Source: Anthoceros angustus (lineage: Eukaryota; Plantae; Anthocerotophyta). Taken from it: a DNA stretch of 64,000 nt. The notes beneath the pieces are model-generated. The model saw nothing but the letters and a program-made list of their open reading frames with translations, was not told the DNA's origin and made no database searches. The stretch lies in contig MU008158.1 in NCBI GenBank assembly GCA_010909165.1, positions 2,257,478-2,321,477 of the forward strand, read 5' to 3'. Position numbers and translations under genes: made by a program. Positions 25,524 to 36,995 of the stretch are shown here, one piece after another. Numbering within the stretch: the stretch's first letter is position 1; each line of letters opens with the position of its first letter.

Positions 25524-26344
25524 CTACTGCAAGTCGTGCGACACAATTCGTGAATCAAGATGCCACGTTCTCCGACGTACAATGTGAGTTGTCTTCGTGG
25601 TGTGAGTTGTCCGCTTCTCAATCAAACAAGTACCGAAGACGGCCCATAAAACACCCATGTCTCTTGGTTTGGCGTCATCAGTTGTCCACTTCTCAATCAA
25701 ACAAGCACCAAAGACGGCCCATAACACACTCATGCATCTTGGTGTGAGTTGTCTGCTTCTCAACGACACAAGCACCATTGAAGGCACCCTGTACAGAAAC
25801 GAAAAACGTGACTCACCTGCTCGGTGAATGGAAGATACTTCCCGTTGGAGGTGATGACTATGCGATCTTCTCCCGCTTTACCTTTCACTTCGAGTGCTTA
25901 GCAGAAGAAGCTGATTGCAGACATTCTGATTGGCCACAGCAGCCATCAGTTTTGCAGCAAGAGAGCTCTACTCTGGTTTAGAGGACAACATGAAAGAGTT
26001 AGGTAGGCGCTGGCATGCCATCCCCGCGCTCCTCATGGATAATCGGCGTATTGGATAACTGCCTCGTGCAACCTGCTCAGCAACCAGGTGCATTCCACTG
26101 AGAAACCAGGTAGCTTGCTTGCCTGCGTGCGAGTACAATACCGAAGTAGCCGGTGACGCACCTGTAAATTGTAGGATCCTGTATGATGTTAGGGTCATAA
26201 GCTCGCAAAGGAATCTCCTGCATAGCCTCGAGCTGAGCATCCGTGAAACTGAGCACAGCCCGGCGTAGAGATTCCACTGCGGATGGCTTCACCTGAGCCG
26301 ATGGAAGAGCTGTGCACCAACTCTGCCTCGCCAGAATCTGCCAT
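25524..26344 (-). pseudogene. Cyanase pseudogene, inverted duplicate of 43212-44003
   Basis: Colinear with the intact gene including its introns. Carries 85-bp and 4-bp deletions in exon 1, a ~14-bp deletion in exon 2 and a GT>GC donor change. Confidence 0.92.
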
Positions 26345-26510
26345 GATTTCCTCCTCCTCCTCCTCCTCCTCCTCCTACTTCCCAAAGCAGAGCAAGAAAG
26401 GATGTTGCTGCAACTTGGAGCTAGTCTGCCTCCCTCCCTCCTGTATGATTCCTCTTCTAGAGCAGATGCTGCATGCCTTGGAGTTCCATACCACAAACTT
26501 CCTCCCGAAA

Positions 26511-26678
26511 TGCCGTACTGAGCAACATGTGGCGTGCTGGTTGCCTTCAAGCCATGGGGGCTGCCGGGGAGGGAAGACGGACATATATTATACTGCCGTA
26601 CTGAGCAACATGTGGCGTGCTGATTGCCTTCAAGCCATGGGGGCTGCCGGGGAGGGAAGACGGGCATATATTATACTT
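26511..26678. repeat. ~83-bp tandem repeat, 2 copies
   Basis: TGCCGTACTGAGCAACATGTGGCGTGCT...ATATTATAC occurs twice. Confidence 0.88.
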
Positions 26679-27395
26679 TCTCCAGCAGTCTTTCTTTGGC
26701 TGAACCTTTGGTCGACCACAGCCTGCTTGATTCCATTAACATTATGGTTGTTAGCGAGCAGAAACAAGGAACAGCAGTCGCGCATGTAGATTGCAGGGAA
26801 GTGCATCAAACGGATGTGATTGTGGTACGGCTTTCTCCCCAAAAAAAAGCAGAATAGGTTGCTATTTAGGGACCTTCAACCTATTCATTGCGTCTCCAAG
26901 TCTCCAATCAGCCAATGCTCATGAAGGAAAGGAACGGGAACTCTTCTATATAATTGAACGTCTCGTTACAAAACTTGCAGACATATTAGGCCTCCACAAC
27001 CAGCATACTAGAGCTTAAAAGCTTTTTAACGATGTGATGGGCACCCATCACTATGTATAGTACTCTAATAGGTATATAGCGCTGCTCATCACCCTTGTTG
27101 TCTTGGTATGTAGGGTTTATGCTTCTTAAATCCCTAATCTTCTCATTAATAATGGTTCTTCATTTCCAAAAAATATCTGAAAATATGAATTTAACTAGTG
27201 TGTAATTAAACAAAAGGGGTCCCAATTTGCTAGAAGGGGGTTTGAATATCAACCCTCTTCAAAAATTATGGTGTTACCTTCAATATTATATGACTTTCAC
27301 CTTCAAACCAAAGTTTTTTAATTGGACGATATTATTATATTTAAGCAAGGTAGACATTATGTTGTACGAAGTATTTGGCAAGTTAAAGAGCAGGA

Positions 27396-27530
27396 AGATT
27401 CCCCTTAACTTGATTTTTTATCATAGATTGCTGTCCAAGCATAGAGATTCTCCTTAACTTGATTTCTTATCATAGATTGTTGTCCAAGCATAGAGATTCC
27501 CCTTAACTTGATTTTTTATCATATATTGTA
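27396..27530. repeat. ~49-bp tandem repeat, ~2.7 copies
   Basis: Unit AGATTC(C/T)CCTTAACTTGATTT.TTATCATAGATTG.TGTCCAAGCATAG. Confidence 0.85.
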
Positions 27531-27954
27531 TACATACTTTATCCTACCTACCTATTCCCGCATCTTGGGTCCTTAGTGGAATACTAGGTCAACTCCAGGG
27601 GGTTGTACTGTTGATGGGTTGATGGTTTAGGTCCACATAACCCAAGGACTAGTGAGGATCAAACTTGAATTGTTATTCATATATTATTCAATCCAATTTC
27701 AGGTTTAATCTATGATTAATTGTAATCAAATATAATTTATCACTTAGATTAAGTTATAACTCTATTATAATAATTAAATACGAATTTATAAGATATTCAG
27801 CACACACTATGAACAAAAGACATAACTTGTGTGACACCAGCATGGAACCATCTAACTTTTGTCGCTAAAGAATCCATCTAACTTTGACACCTAAATAACG
27901 GTTGCATCAAGGCTATTTTTCACCTGGAGAATCCTTGGAAATTAACTAATGGCC

Positions 27955-28608
27955 TGTTGGAGTAACGGCACCGGTGAAATAAGATAGAAAGGTGAAAAGC
28001 TGAAAGAAGTGAAAAGCTAATTAGTAGCTGCCCTGCTAAGAAGATGCCGAGAGGAATTGCTGCAGCCACTAATGAAGTGCTACCTAAAGAGGACTCTTAG
28101 TGATCAGTGGTCTGCAAGAACCCCTGAGTTAGTAGCTACCTAGTTGAGGTGAGCTTGTATAAGGGCTAGAGCAAAAGCTTTGAGTATTCATCATTCATTT
28201 CATTATGCGCTGCAAGCCCTGTGTTGAGAGAGGTGTGGAGAGCCTAGCTAGTGAACTTGTCGTTGAGTCAAGGACAGTAGCCAGTTGGGCGTAGATATCC
28301 AGACTCAAGTGTTTATAATGTGAAAAAAGACAAGCACTTCGAGGAGGTGGTCTACGAGTTATCAGTTAACGGCAGGCTACTTGGAGCCCAGTGCTGCATT
28401 GTGAGAATAAGAGCGCTTAGAGTTGTGCAAGTATCTATGTGCATTGTGAGAATAAGAGCGCTTAGAGTTGTGCAAGTATCTATGTGGAGTGAATTGATGA
28501 GTTCCTACATCGCTAGGGAGCTTGCACTTGTCGCTTCCTTATTGGCTGCATAGTCAGGGATGTTACTTTATGGAATGGTATCTACTACTGTGATTGCTTC
28601 TGCCAACG
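27955..28608 (+). mobile_element. Possible degenerate solo LTR
   Basis: Begins TGTTGG and ends CCAACG. Has a TATA-like TATAAG near 28158 and an internal 45-bp duplication (28395-28486). No TSD found. Confidence 0.33.
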
Positions 28609-28914
28609 TTGTAGGACCTTATAACTCAATTCTGTTAGTAGCCCAATCTTTCAAACCAACCATATAGCGATGCAGCTTGTCATTCTCACCCATGGTAGTG
28701 CAATGCATGACAGCTTCATTGAAAGTTCTTAATCTCGTATAGTACCGTTCTGTTGGATAGTATCAAAAAGTTGTTGATTCAAGTGCGAAGCATTTGCAGG
28801 CTGAAATTTTTCTTGAGGGCTTCTTTAAAGATGTCCAGTGTGTAATTGTACGTGCTCAGTGACCCTGGGCAACCTTAGCACCATAACTCCTCCACCAAGC
28901 AGTAGGTACGGGTA

Positions 28915-29030
28915 TATGTACCCATATGTACATATGTATATATGGGGTTTCATGCAATAGGTACCCATATGTACATAAGTATATATGGGGTTTCATGCAA
29001 TAGGTACCCATATGTACATAAGTATATGTA
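28915..29030. repeat. ~43-bp GTAC-rich tandem repeat
   Basis: GTACCCATATGTACATA.GTATATATGGGG, about 2.6 copies. Confidence 0.8.
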
Positions 29031-31026
29031 ACGAGTTACCCATGCACTGCAGAACGACATTCACAACGGCTTTTGATATCAAAAACTAAAACCTAGGTCA
29101 TGAATACCTACCTAGTGATCTCATGGGGAAAAGCATTACTACCCAGGTATGAGTGGTCATCGCGCTGGCAAGCTGACGCGTTTAGACCAACTCTGGTTAC
29201 ATAGCTTGGTGAAGCTCAAGAAGTGGTCATGGTAGCCAATTTGGTGTCGGATTTTTTTGACGAAAGAATGGGAGGAGGGAGCGTCTCGTCCTGCACAGCG
29301 ACTGAATATTCGAGCCGTGAATTGCCCGTGAATCGCTCTTCACCGTCGGAACATTCCAATTTGGGACGCTCCGTCGTTTGTGGGATTAATCTGTGTGCCA
29401 GTGTGGTATGAGGATCACCTGATTCATATGTGTCCAAATGGCTTAGGCCAAATGGACACATATGTATAAGAACGTCTTTATTAAGCACTTGTGCTTGGAT
29501 CGGCACTTAGATGGGGTGCCTAAAGGGAATGGATGCCGTTGGTGCAAGTAGCTTAGGCATACCATAGTACAAGTTGTTAAGTATCAGTCCGATGACGGAT
29601 TTTAGTGTCACGCGGATTTTAGTGTCAAGTACATTCACGTCAGGATCAGACACCACGCGCTTCAGGAGTCACTCCAGTTCCTCCAGGTCAAAATCCAGTG
29701 CACCGAGAGGAAGGCCCGCCGCCCGGACCCGAGCCGGCCAACCGCTCTGTCATGACGACAAATAGCAGCTGCGGAGCCACATAAGCTTGTGCGGGGCCAC
29801 AGATATAATTATGTCATCCATCGCTAGCATCTCCTTGGGCATTGCGATCAGCGAGCACCTCGGCAGCACTCATCCTGGACAGGTGCATCCACCTCAAGGC
29901 TGTAGCCAAGCTGAAACTTTGGGAATCGGATTTCACGAGCTTCTTCCGATCCTCCAAGAGTGAAAAGTCCAAGTCACTTGCAAGCGTTGGTCGACATGCC
30001 TGCAGATGGCTCGCACAGTTGTCGCCTTCACCGTGATGTGCGCTGTTCTGCGGACGGCGGTGGCTACAGATCCATGAGGAACCCCGTCTGCCGACAGCAA
30101 CCCCCGCCAACAAGAACGAGGAGAGTGTCACTCCGGCCCCGCGTTGTAGAGTGCAGAGATAGAAATTTTGATCTCTGTGACCAGTGAGGACTGTCCGTCT
30201 GTACATTGTAGCTGTAAGGCACGCTGTCTGGCACGTGACCTGCGCGAAAGTGACTTCATGCACAATTGTGATCGGCGCGTGAGGCTGCGCATAGGTGAAT
30301 AAATGCATCTTGGTGTCATATCTTCCTCGAGAATCAATAAAGCTGTTCGTAGTCTCGCTCAGTCGCCAGACCGTTGCTACAAGTGATCGCAACTGCTCAG
30401 GCATCAAAGATACAGAGTACGGAATCATAAACCAGCAGGGGCCGGAAGCATCCACCTCACCAACTGGCCTGCAGGATTACGGCGTAACGTTCAAACCAGA
30501 CGCAGGTGAGAGCCTGTATTATACCTGACACTCAAGGAAGTGAAATCTCGTCCCGGAGCGAAATGAATGTCACAGTTCCACTGACAAGAGACTCTGTACA
30601 GTCTGCATCTGAAAACCGCGAAGCAAATGCGGCACTTCCAAGTGTACCTCTACCTCCAGCTACAAACACTGCTCTGCCGAACCATTTGTCGAGATCACAG
30701 GCCTTGCTTCTCCTGATGATGAATGATCATGATCGAGTCCTCCCACCTACAACCAGCCTGCGGTGTCAGTCACACGCAGGATTACACAAGCGAAACAAAT
30801 GAAGGACAAGAAAAGCCTCAGACCTGAGTCTGACGATGTGCTGAAGAGCGAGGTTCCGTCTCTTGCGGTGCTCACAAATTGTACTCTCTAATGAAGAGCC
30901 GGCTGGCCCTGAATGTGTTTGCGCTAGAACAAAAATGGTTGACCACCCGAACAAGCCCAACTGTGGTAACAGCGTTTCCTAAGCCGAACTGAAAATGTCC
31001 CGTTACCTCTTCATAGCGGGCTAGAG

Positions 31027-34000
31027 TTACTGCCGAAGAACAAGCCTCTTCGCTGATCGAGAACTGTCGTCAGTTATGAGGCGCCTTGCCTTTCGCTTTA
31101 GCCTTCTCAAACTCAGCTTGGGGGTGGGTGGGCAAGGAAAGGAGCATTCTATCTTCAATGGCCGATAAGGGATAATATCACTGCAGACCGAATATGGATC
31201 AAGAGGTCCTGGTTGGTGCATACCTGTCTTTGGACAGAGCTCACTAGGGGGTTGACCTCCAGTGTTCTTCCCTGCATCCTCAGCATCCATGCTCTCCACC
31301 TCTGTATAATATCCTGCGAGTAGCTGAAGAGCTGAGATTGAGGCGGGTTCACGTTCCACAGACTGAGGCTCACTGGAAACAACAGCACCTGGATCAGCCA
31401 AATCTTGGCCACTATCCATGACTTGAGGCGAATCAGTACCCCTGCTTTCCAGTTGCAACCCTGAATCTGCACCATGTGGAGTCTCACTTGATGTGTACTC
31501 TGGTGCTGATGGAAGGGAGGCATCAGGAGGCTCCAGTTCCCTGAAAGGAACATCACCTGTAAAAAGCTCATCTTGGTCGCTCATGGTGGTTTGCACGGTT
31601 TCCAGGTTCAACCATGCACCTTCTGAAATGCCCTCTGTTACCAAAAGTGGTTGCTCAGAACCTAGACCAGACGCGGGCTCGGTATTAAACGGAAGGGCAC
31701 CCAATGGATCTCCATTTCCTGGAATGTCCACTGTCACTGGCAGTGATGCTAATTGAGGACCTTTGCTGGGGTCTGACAGAGGACCAGCCTCACTGCCAGA
31801 AACAGAAACTGCTGCACCTCCGCTACCTTGCATCTCTGCTGTTACTGGTACAGACAGAAGACCTGTGTTGGCGTCTAACAAAAGCTGCGCCTCCATAGAA
31901 GGAACAGGACCTGGAACAGAACCTGCTGCAGCTCTGCAATCTTGAATGTCCGCTGTCACTGGCAGTACGGGAGGATCTGTGTTGATGTCTAACGATACCT
32001 GAGTTTCCATAGAAGAAACAGAACCTGCTGCAGCTCTGGTGTCTTGAATGTTCGTTGTCACTGGCACGATCTGAGGATCTTTGCTGGGGTCTAACACTAC
32101 CTGGACTTCCATAGAATGCACAGACCCTGCTGGAGCTCCGTCCGGTATCACTGATGCGAGTTGAGGATCTATGCTGGGGTCTAACAATAACTGGACTTCC
32201 GTAGAATGCAGAAAACCTGCTGCAGCTCTGTTATCTCGAATGTCCGCTGACACTGGTTCGATTTGAGGATGTAAGTTGGGGTCCAACCATACCTGGGGCT
32301 CTATGGAAGGAACAGACCCTGCTGCACCTACTCCAATCTCTGGGGTGGAAGGCACAGAGCTTGCTGCAGCTACTCCAATATCTGAGGTGGCAGGGACAAG
32401 GCATGCTGCAACTGCTCCAAGATCTGAGGTGGAAGGAACAGAGCATGCTGCAACTGCTCCAAGATGTGAGGTGAAAGGAACAGAACCTGCTGCAACTACT
32501 CCAATATCTGAGGTGGAAGGAACAGAGCTTGCTGCGGCTACTCCAATTACTGAAGTGGAAGGGACAGAGCCTGCTGGAACTACTCCAAGATCTGGGGTGG
32601 AAGGAACAGAGTATGCTGCAACTGCTCCAATATGTGAGGTGGAAGCAACAGAACCTGCTGCAACTACTCCAATATCTGAGGTGGAAGGAACAGAGCTTGC
32701 TGCAGCTACTCCAATTTCTGAGGTGGAAGGGACACAGCCTGCTGCAACTGCTCCAACATCTAAGGTGGATGGAACAGACCCAGCTGCAACTGATCCAAGA
32801 TTTGAGGTGGAAGGAACAGAGCTTGCTGCAACTACACCAATACCAGAGGTGGAAGGAACAGACCCAGCTGCAACTGCTCCAAGATCTGAGGTGGAAAGAA
32901 CAGAGCTTGCTGCAACTACACCAAGATCTGACGTGGAAGGAACAGAGCATGCTACAGCTACTCCAATATCTGAGGTGGAGGGAACAGAGCCTGCTGCAAA
33001 CGCTGCAATATCAGAGGTCGAAGGAACGGAACCTGATGCAACCACTCCGATTTCTGAGATAGAACAAACAGAGCCTGCTGACACTACTCCAAGATGTGAG
33101 ATGGAAGGAACGAATCCTCCTGCAACTAATCCAAAATCTGCGGCGTCCCCCCCAGCTACTGTGATCGACTGAGCACCTCCCTGGGACTCCAAGAGAGCAT
33201 AAAAATCATGGAGACTATCCTCTCCCAACTCCTCTCCATAATCCTCTTCATCCTCATCTTCACTGTCCGGAACCTCCATTGAGGTGTCCTCCGTAACCGA
33301 CGCAGGACTTGCTTCAGGGTCAAGAGGATCATCCTTCGGCTCATCGGCAGAAAAAGTCTCTTGAGACAGCCGAGCTTTCAGGTCTTCATTCTCGTTCTCC
33401 AGGGATAGAAGCTTCTCCTCGGTGGACGCCAGTGCCTCCTCATGCCGTCTCACAGTCCACTCCAGCGTCTCCTCATGCAACGTCACAGCCGATGCTAGAG
33501 CAGCTTCCAGATTTTCCTTCTGCTTGGTCACAGACGCCAGCACCTCTTTCAGCGGGCCAGTAAATTCCAGCTGAGACTTGAGCTCCTCATTCTCCCGCTG
33601 CAGAGAAGACAGCATGTGAACTGAGGGTGCCGACTTAGCGGCCGACTCCCTGATCTCAGCGATGGCATTCTGAGCTTCCTCAATCGCAGTCTGCCACTCC
33701 ACTCCCACCCTGTCATGGTTTCGCAAAATCTCATCCCTCTGCTCCAGCACGGCCTCCAGCCGTGCAATATCCTTCTCAAGAGCCCCAATTCGCTTCTGCA
33801 AACCCGCCACCTGCTCATCGCTCCGCTTCTGCAGCTTACTCGCCTCCTCCATATCCCTGTCCAGCACCCCCAGCCGCTGCTCATACATCTTCACCTTCGA
33901 CTGCGTCTCAGCATCCGCCAGCGTCCTGTCCGCCAGCAGAGTCAGAGTCTCCAGCAGCTTATCCTCCGCCTCCTTCTGCCGCCCCTGCCGCGCCTCCACC

Positions 34001-35523
34001 TCCAACCTGTGCGCAGCCTGCAGCTCGGCTTTACCTCTTTCATGTTCCTTCACGAGCAACGCAACTCTCTGCTCATTCTCCTGCCGCAGGCTCAAGAACT
34101 CCCCCTCCTTGGTCTGCAGAAACGACGCGAGTGTCACCTCATGCATCCTTCTCGAGCTCTGCAGCTCTTCCCGGAGAGAATTAAGCTCCTCGCCGTGCAA
34201 TTTGTGCAGTCCAGCCAGCTCCTGCTCGTGCTCCTTCCTCAAACCCGCCGCTCTCTCATCCTGGCCCTTCTCATGAGCCTGCACCTGCTTCCGGAGCAAC
34301 AGCAACTCCTCCTTCGCCGCCTTGAGTGACGCCCTCTCCTTCCCATGCGAAACCTTCAACGCCTTCACCTGCTTCTCCGCCTTAGCCCCCGCCTTGAGCC
34401 CGGCCCGCGCCGCATCCAACTCCTGCCCGGTCTCCTCCAGCTTCTGCTGCGCGGCCTTGAGCTTGGCATTAGCAGCGATCGCCAGAGCCTTGCTCTTCTG
34501 CACCTCGCTCTCCAGTGCCGTGGTCGCCTTCTTCTGCTGCTTCTTCTCCTTGGCCAGCATGTCCTTCCACTTGAAGCTCTTCCCCGCCAGGGCCTCCTTG
34601 AGCTTTACGCTGAGCTCCCGGTCCTTGCCTTGCAACTCGCAGATGAGCTGCTGGCACTTGCGCTCCGCGCAGCCCCGGACCTGCTCCTGCTCCTCCACCG
34701 CCGCCTGCAGCCGGGCGACGAGCCTGTCCTGCTGCTCCTCGACGGCGGCGGCCGAGTCCAGCTGCGCCTGGAGCTCCCGGTGGTGGCGGCGGAGGGAGGC
34801 CAGCTCCTCCGCCGCGTCCGCATGCACCGACTGCAGGCTCTCCAGCTGGCTACTCACCTCCTGCAGCGAGGCCTTGGTCATGTCGTGCATCCGGTCCTTC
34901 ACCTTGAGCTCCACCTGGAACTTCTTCTGCACCGCCTGCAGCTTCTTCTTGTAATAGTCCTCCATGCCTGCCCCCGCGCTGCTGGTGGTGACAAGCTTGG
35001 AGGAAGTGCTGTCCTTCCTCGCCGCCTGCTGCAAACCTTGCTGCTGTGAGGGAGCGACTCCCAAGCAATCCCTCTCCGCCAGGTTGGCGTCATCCCTCCT
35101 CCGCTTCAGACTGATTCTGCCATCCGCTCCCTGGCCCGCGCATTCACCAACAGCACAGGCACCGGCATGCATGGCCGGGCCACTACTTCTTGCCAGCAGG
35201 TCCGAGGGCGGGGGCGAGAACCTGAGATCGCCAGAGTGCCAGGTGGAAGCAGCAGCAGGCGGCGCCGGGCCGGGAGGCCCGTCCGAGACCTCAGGATGAG
35301 AAAATGGTGGCGCAACCGACACCACTTCACCGTCGCCGCCTGCTGATGCTCCCTGCCTGCAGCTGTCAGAGTGGGAGGCCGAGACATCATTGTCCGCCGC
35401 CACCGCGCCCGCACCGTCCTCTTCCCCGCATACCGAGCCTGCTGCACCCGAGGCTTGGTGGCCTGCGCCGCTCCTCATGGAAGACATCTCGCCGTCAATT
35501 GGAGTCCACAACGAGCATTTCAA
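31027..35523 (-). CDS. Unknown 1498-aa coiled-coil protein with tandem repeats (first ATG probably 35487)
   Basis: 4.5-kb uninterrupted ORF with a long E/K/Q/L coiled-coil, an acidic patch, 15-aa repeats and a basic C-terminus. Confidence 0.8.
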   Translation of the reverse strand: MKCSLWTPIDGEMSSMRSGAGHQASGAAGSVCGEEDGAGAVAADNDVSASHSDSCRQGASAGGDGEVVSVAPPFSHPEVSDGPPGPAPPAAASTWHSGDLRFSPPPSDLLARSSGPAMHAGACAVGECAGQGADGRISLKRRRDDANLAERDCLGVAPSQQQGLQQAARKDSTSSKLVTTSSAGAGMEDYYKKKLQAVQKKFQVELKVKDRMHDMTKASLQEVSSQLESLQSVHADAAEELASLRRHHRELQAQLDSAAAVEEQQDRLVARLQAAVEEQEQVRGCAERKCQQLICELQGKDRELSVKLKEALAGKSFKWKDMLAKEKKQQKKATTALESEVQKSKALAIAANAKLKAAQQKLEETGQELDAARAGLKAGAKAEKQVKALKVSHGKERASLKAAKEELLLLRKQVQAHEKGQDERAAGLRKEHEQELAGLHKLHGEELNSLREELQSSRRMHEVTLASFLQTKEGEFLSLRQENEQRVALLVKEHERGKAELQAAHRLEVEARQGRQKEAEDKLLETLTLLADRTLADAETQSKVKMYEQRLGVLDRDMEEASKLQKRSDEQVAGLQKRIGALEKDIARLEAVLEQRDEILRNHDRVGVEWQTAIEEAQNAIAEIRESAAKSAPSVHMLSSLQRENEELKSQLEFTGPLKEVLASVTKQKENLEAALASAVTLHEETLEWTVRRHEEALASTEEKLLSLENENEDLKARLSQETFSADEPKDDPLDPEASPASVTEDTSMEVPDSEDEDEEDYGEELGEDSLHDFYALLESQGGAQSITVAGGDAADFGLVAGGFVPSISHLGVVSAGSVCSISEIGVVASGSVPSTSDIAAFAAGSVPSTSDIGVAVACSVPSTSDLGVVAASSVLSTSDLGAVAAGSVPSTSGIGVVAASSVPSTSNLGSVAAGSVPSTLDVGAVAAGCVPSTSEIGVAAASSVPSTSDIGVVAAGSVASTSHIGAVAAYSVPSTPDLGVVPAGSVPSTSVIGVAAASSVPSTSDIGVVAAGSVPFTSHLGAVAACSVPSTSDLGAVAACLVPATSDIGVAAASSVPSTPEIGVGAAGSVPSIEPQVWLDPNLHPQIEPVSADIRDNRAAAGFLHSTEVQLLLDPSIDPQLASVIPDGAPAGSVHSMEVQVVLDPSKDPQIVPVTTNIQDTRAAAGSVSSMETQVSLDINTDPPVLPVTADIQDCRAAAGSVPGPVPSMEAQLLLDANTGLLSVPVTAEMQGSGGAAVSVSGSEAGPLSDPSKGPQLASLPVTVDIPGNGDPLGALPFNTEPASGLGSEQPLLVTEGISEGAWLNLETVQTTMSDQDELFTGDVPFRELEPPDASLPSAPEYTSSETPHGADSGLQLESRGTDSPQVMDSGQDLADPGAVVSSEPQSVEREPASISALQLLAGYYTEVESMDAEDAGKNTGGQPPSELCPKTGMHQPGPLDPYSVCSDIIPYRPLKIECSFPCPPTPKLSLRRLKRKARRLITDDSSRSAKRLVLRQ
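32290..33140. repeat. 45-bp coding minisatellite, ~19 copies
   Basis: Encodes SVPSTSD(I/L)G(V/A)VAA(G/S) units. Confidence 0.93.
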
Positions 35524-36995
35524 ACTGTGCTCACAGCAACAGCCACAGCCAGCTGCAAGAGCAGGCTCCAGGACAGAAATGCTCCTTGCCAGGAAGAGGC
35601 TGAGGTATGTACGCCCAAGACACTCTGTGAGTCTGTACTAGCTAGAAAAGGAAAAGTCATCCCCTGCAGCAGCCGCGGCCGGTGGCGGTGCGACCAGTGC
35701 AAGTATCAGTGCCAGTGCCACCCAATTCCAATTGAGAGGACACCCAGACCCGCAAAATTGAAACCCGCTGCTGCCGAAAGAGGCAACTTCGAGAAGCAGG
35801 AGCTGCGAGTTTTTGCTTGAGGAGAGGAAGAAGGAGGGAACTGTGATGAGAGCGGGCGAAGCAGGAGCTGCAAGTTTCGGGAGGTAGGGAAGAAGAGACG
35901 GAAGGTGCGCCAACTTTGGGATGGAAAGGAAGACGAAGCTGACAGACTCCTCCATAGCCGCCTAGCTGCTGTGTTGTCTCAAATTTGCATGAGGCGCGAC
36001 CGCCGCAGCCCGCAGCCAGTTGCCGCTTTCTCTCACAGCAGTAAGTGCGGGTCTCACCACTTGATGACACACATCGGTGCAAATGGATACAACAGCCGCC
36101 ACTTCACTGTAAGGCAGAATCTACGTCTCACCGCCACCGCGCCACCACACAACCGCACGAGCGAGTGCAGCGTCGGCATGACAGGCGTGGACGACCCTCC
36201 GACGGAACGGGTGACGCATCAAAACGGGGTTCTGTGGTATCACGTCCACTGGACATGTGGACGGCACAGCTGCAGTCTAGGTAGCTAGACTGCGACTTGT
36301 GCGACGTATACACCACATAGATGGACTGCTACATACATACTTCTTGAATGTAACTAAGAAGTCTGGAAGCATAAGCGCAACGAAACCAACCACCCTCAGT
36401 TTTTCGCCCCTTTACTGAAGCATCCAAGTCTAATGTACTTCTCTCTCGGGGCATGACGTCTGCAGCCTGATGAGAGTGGGCACTCCGTTTCCGTTTGAAA
36501 CTGCTCCCACGGGTGGTTCGTTTCTCTCATCCTCCTGTCTGAATTCACATACAGCACGAAGAATGCCATTAGGGCAGACTGCGATAGACATAACAGATCG
36601 TCCTTGTCGCCATCACACGCTCAAGGGCGACGAGCTTAAGTAGATGGGGGCTTGCAAGTGCAATCACCACAATTACAACTGTAAGAACTGACCTTAACAA
36701 AAATTTGTGTGCTGCCACTCGATTTGCCCTGCTACAGATCGGCAAATATCCGCGTTCATCATGTCTGGCTTGTGCCGGTGCAGCTCCTTCTGCCACCACC
36801 ACGGCCCCATAGCACATGAGCCGGAATGCAATACAACACAATGCAAGAAAATGCAGAGCAATGCAAAGCGGCGCAAGGCACGACAAGTCTTGCTAAAAAG
36901 CAAATGAATCCCATGCAATGCTTAGTGAATCAAGAAACTTGACCAGCCCCTTGTTTGCAAGAGAGCAGGCAGGCAAGCAAGGGAGGTAGTCTAGA

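Noticed and set aside
29042-29050. ATGCACTGC matching the 5' end of miR408
   Set aside because: Only 9 nt match, and no precursor hairpin was seen.
29216-30960. Several 60-210 aa ORFs
   Set aside because: No recognisable domain or consistent exon chain.
32290-33140. Periodic array as a CRISPR-like locus
   Set aside because: No unique spacers, and it is an in-frame coding minisatellite in a eukaryotic gene.
33715-35049. Long plus-strand Leu/Gln or Ser/Cys ORFs
   Set aside because: Antisense shadows of the GC-rich coiled-coil codons.
36467-36505. CTGATGA, a hairpin and a later GAAAC resembling a hammerhead ribozyme
   Set aside because: GAAA does not directly follow stem II, and no stems I or III were found.
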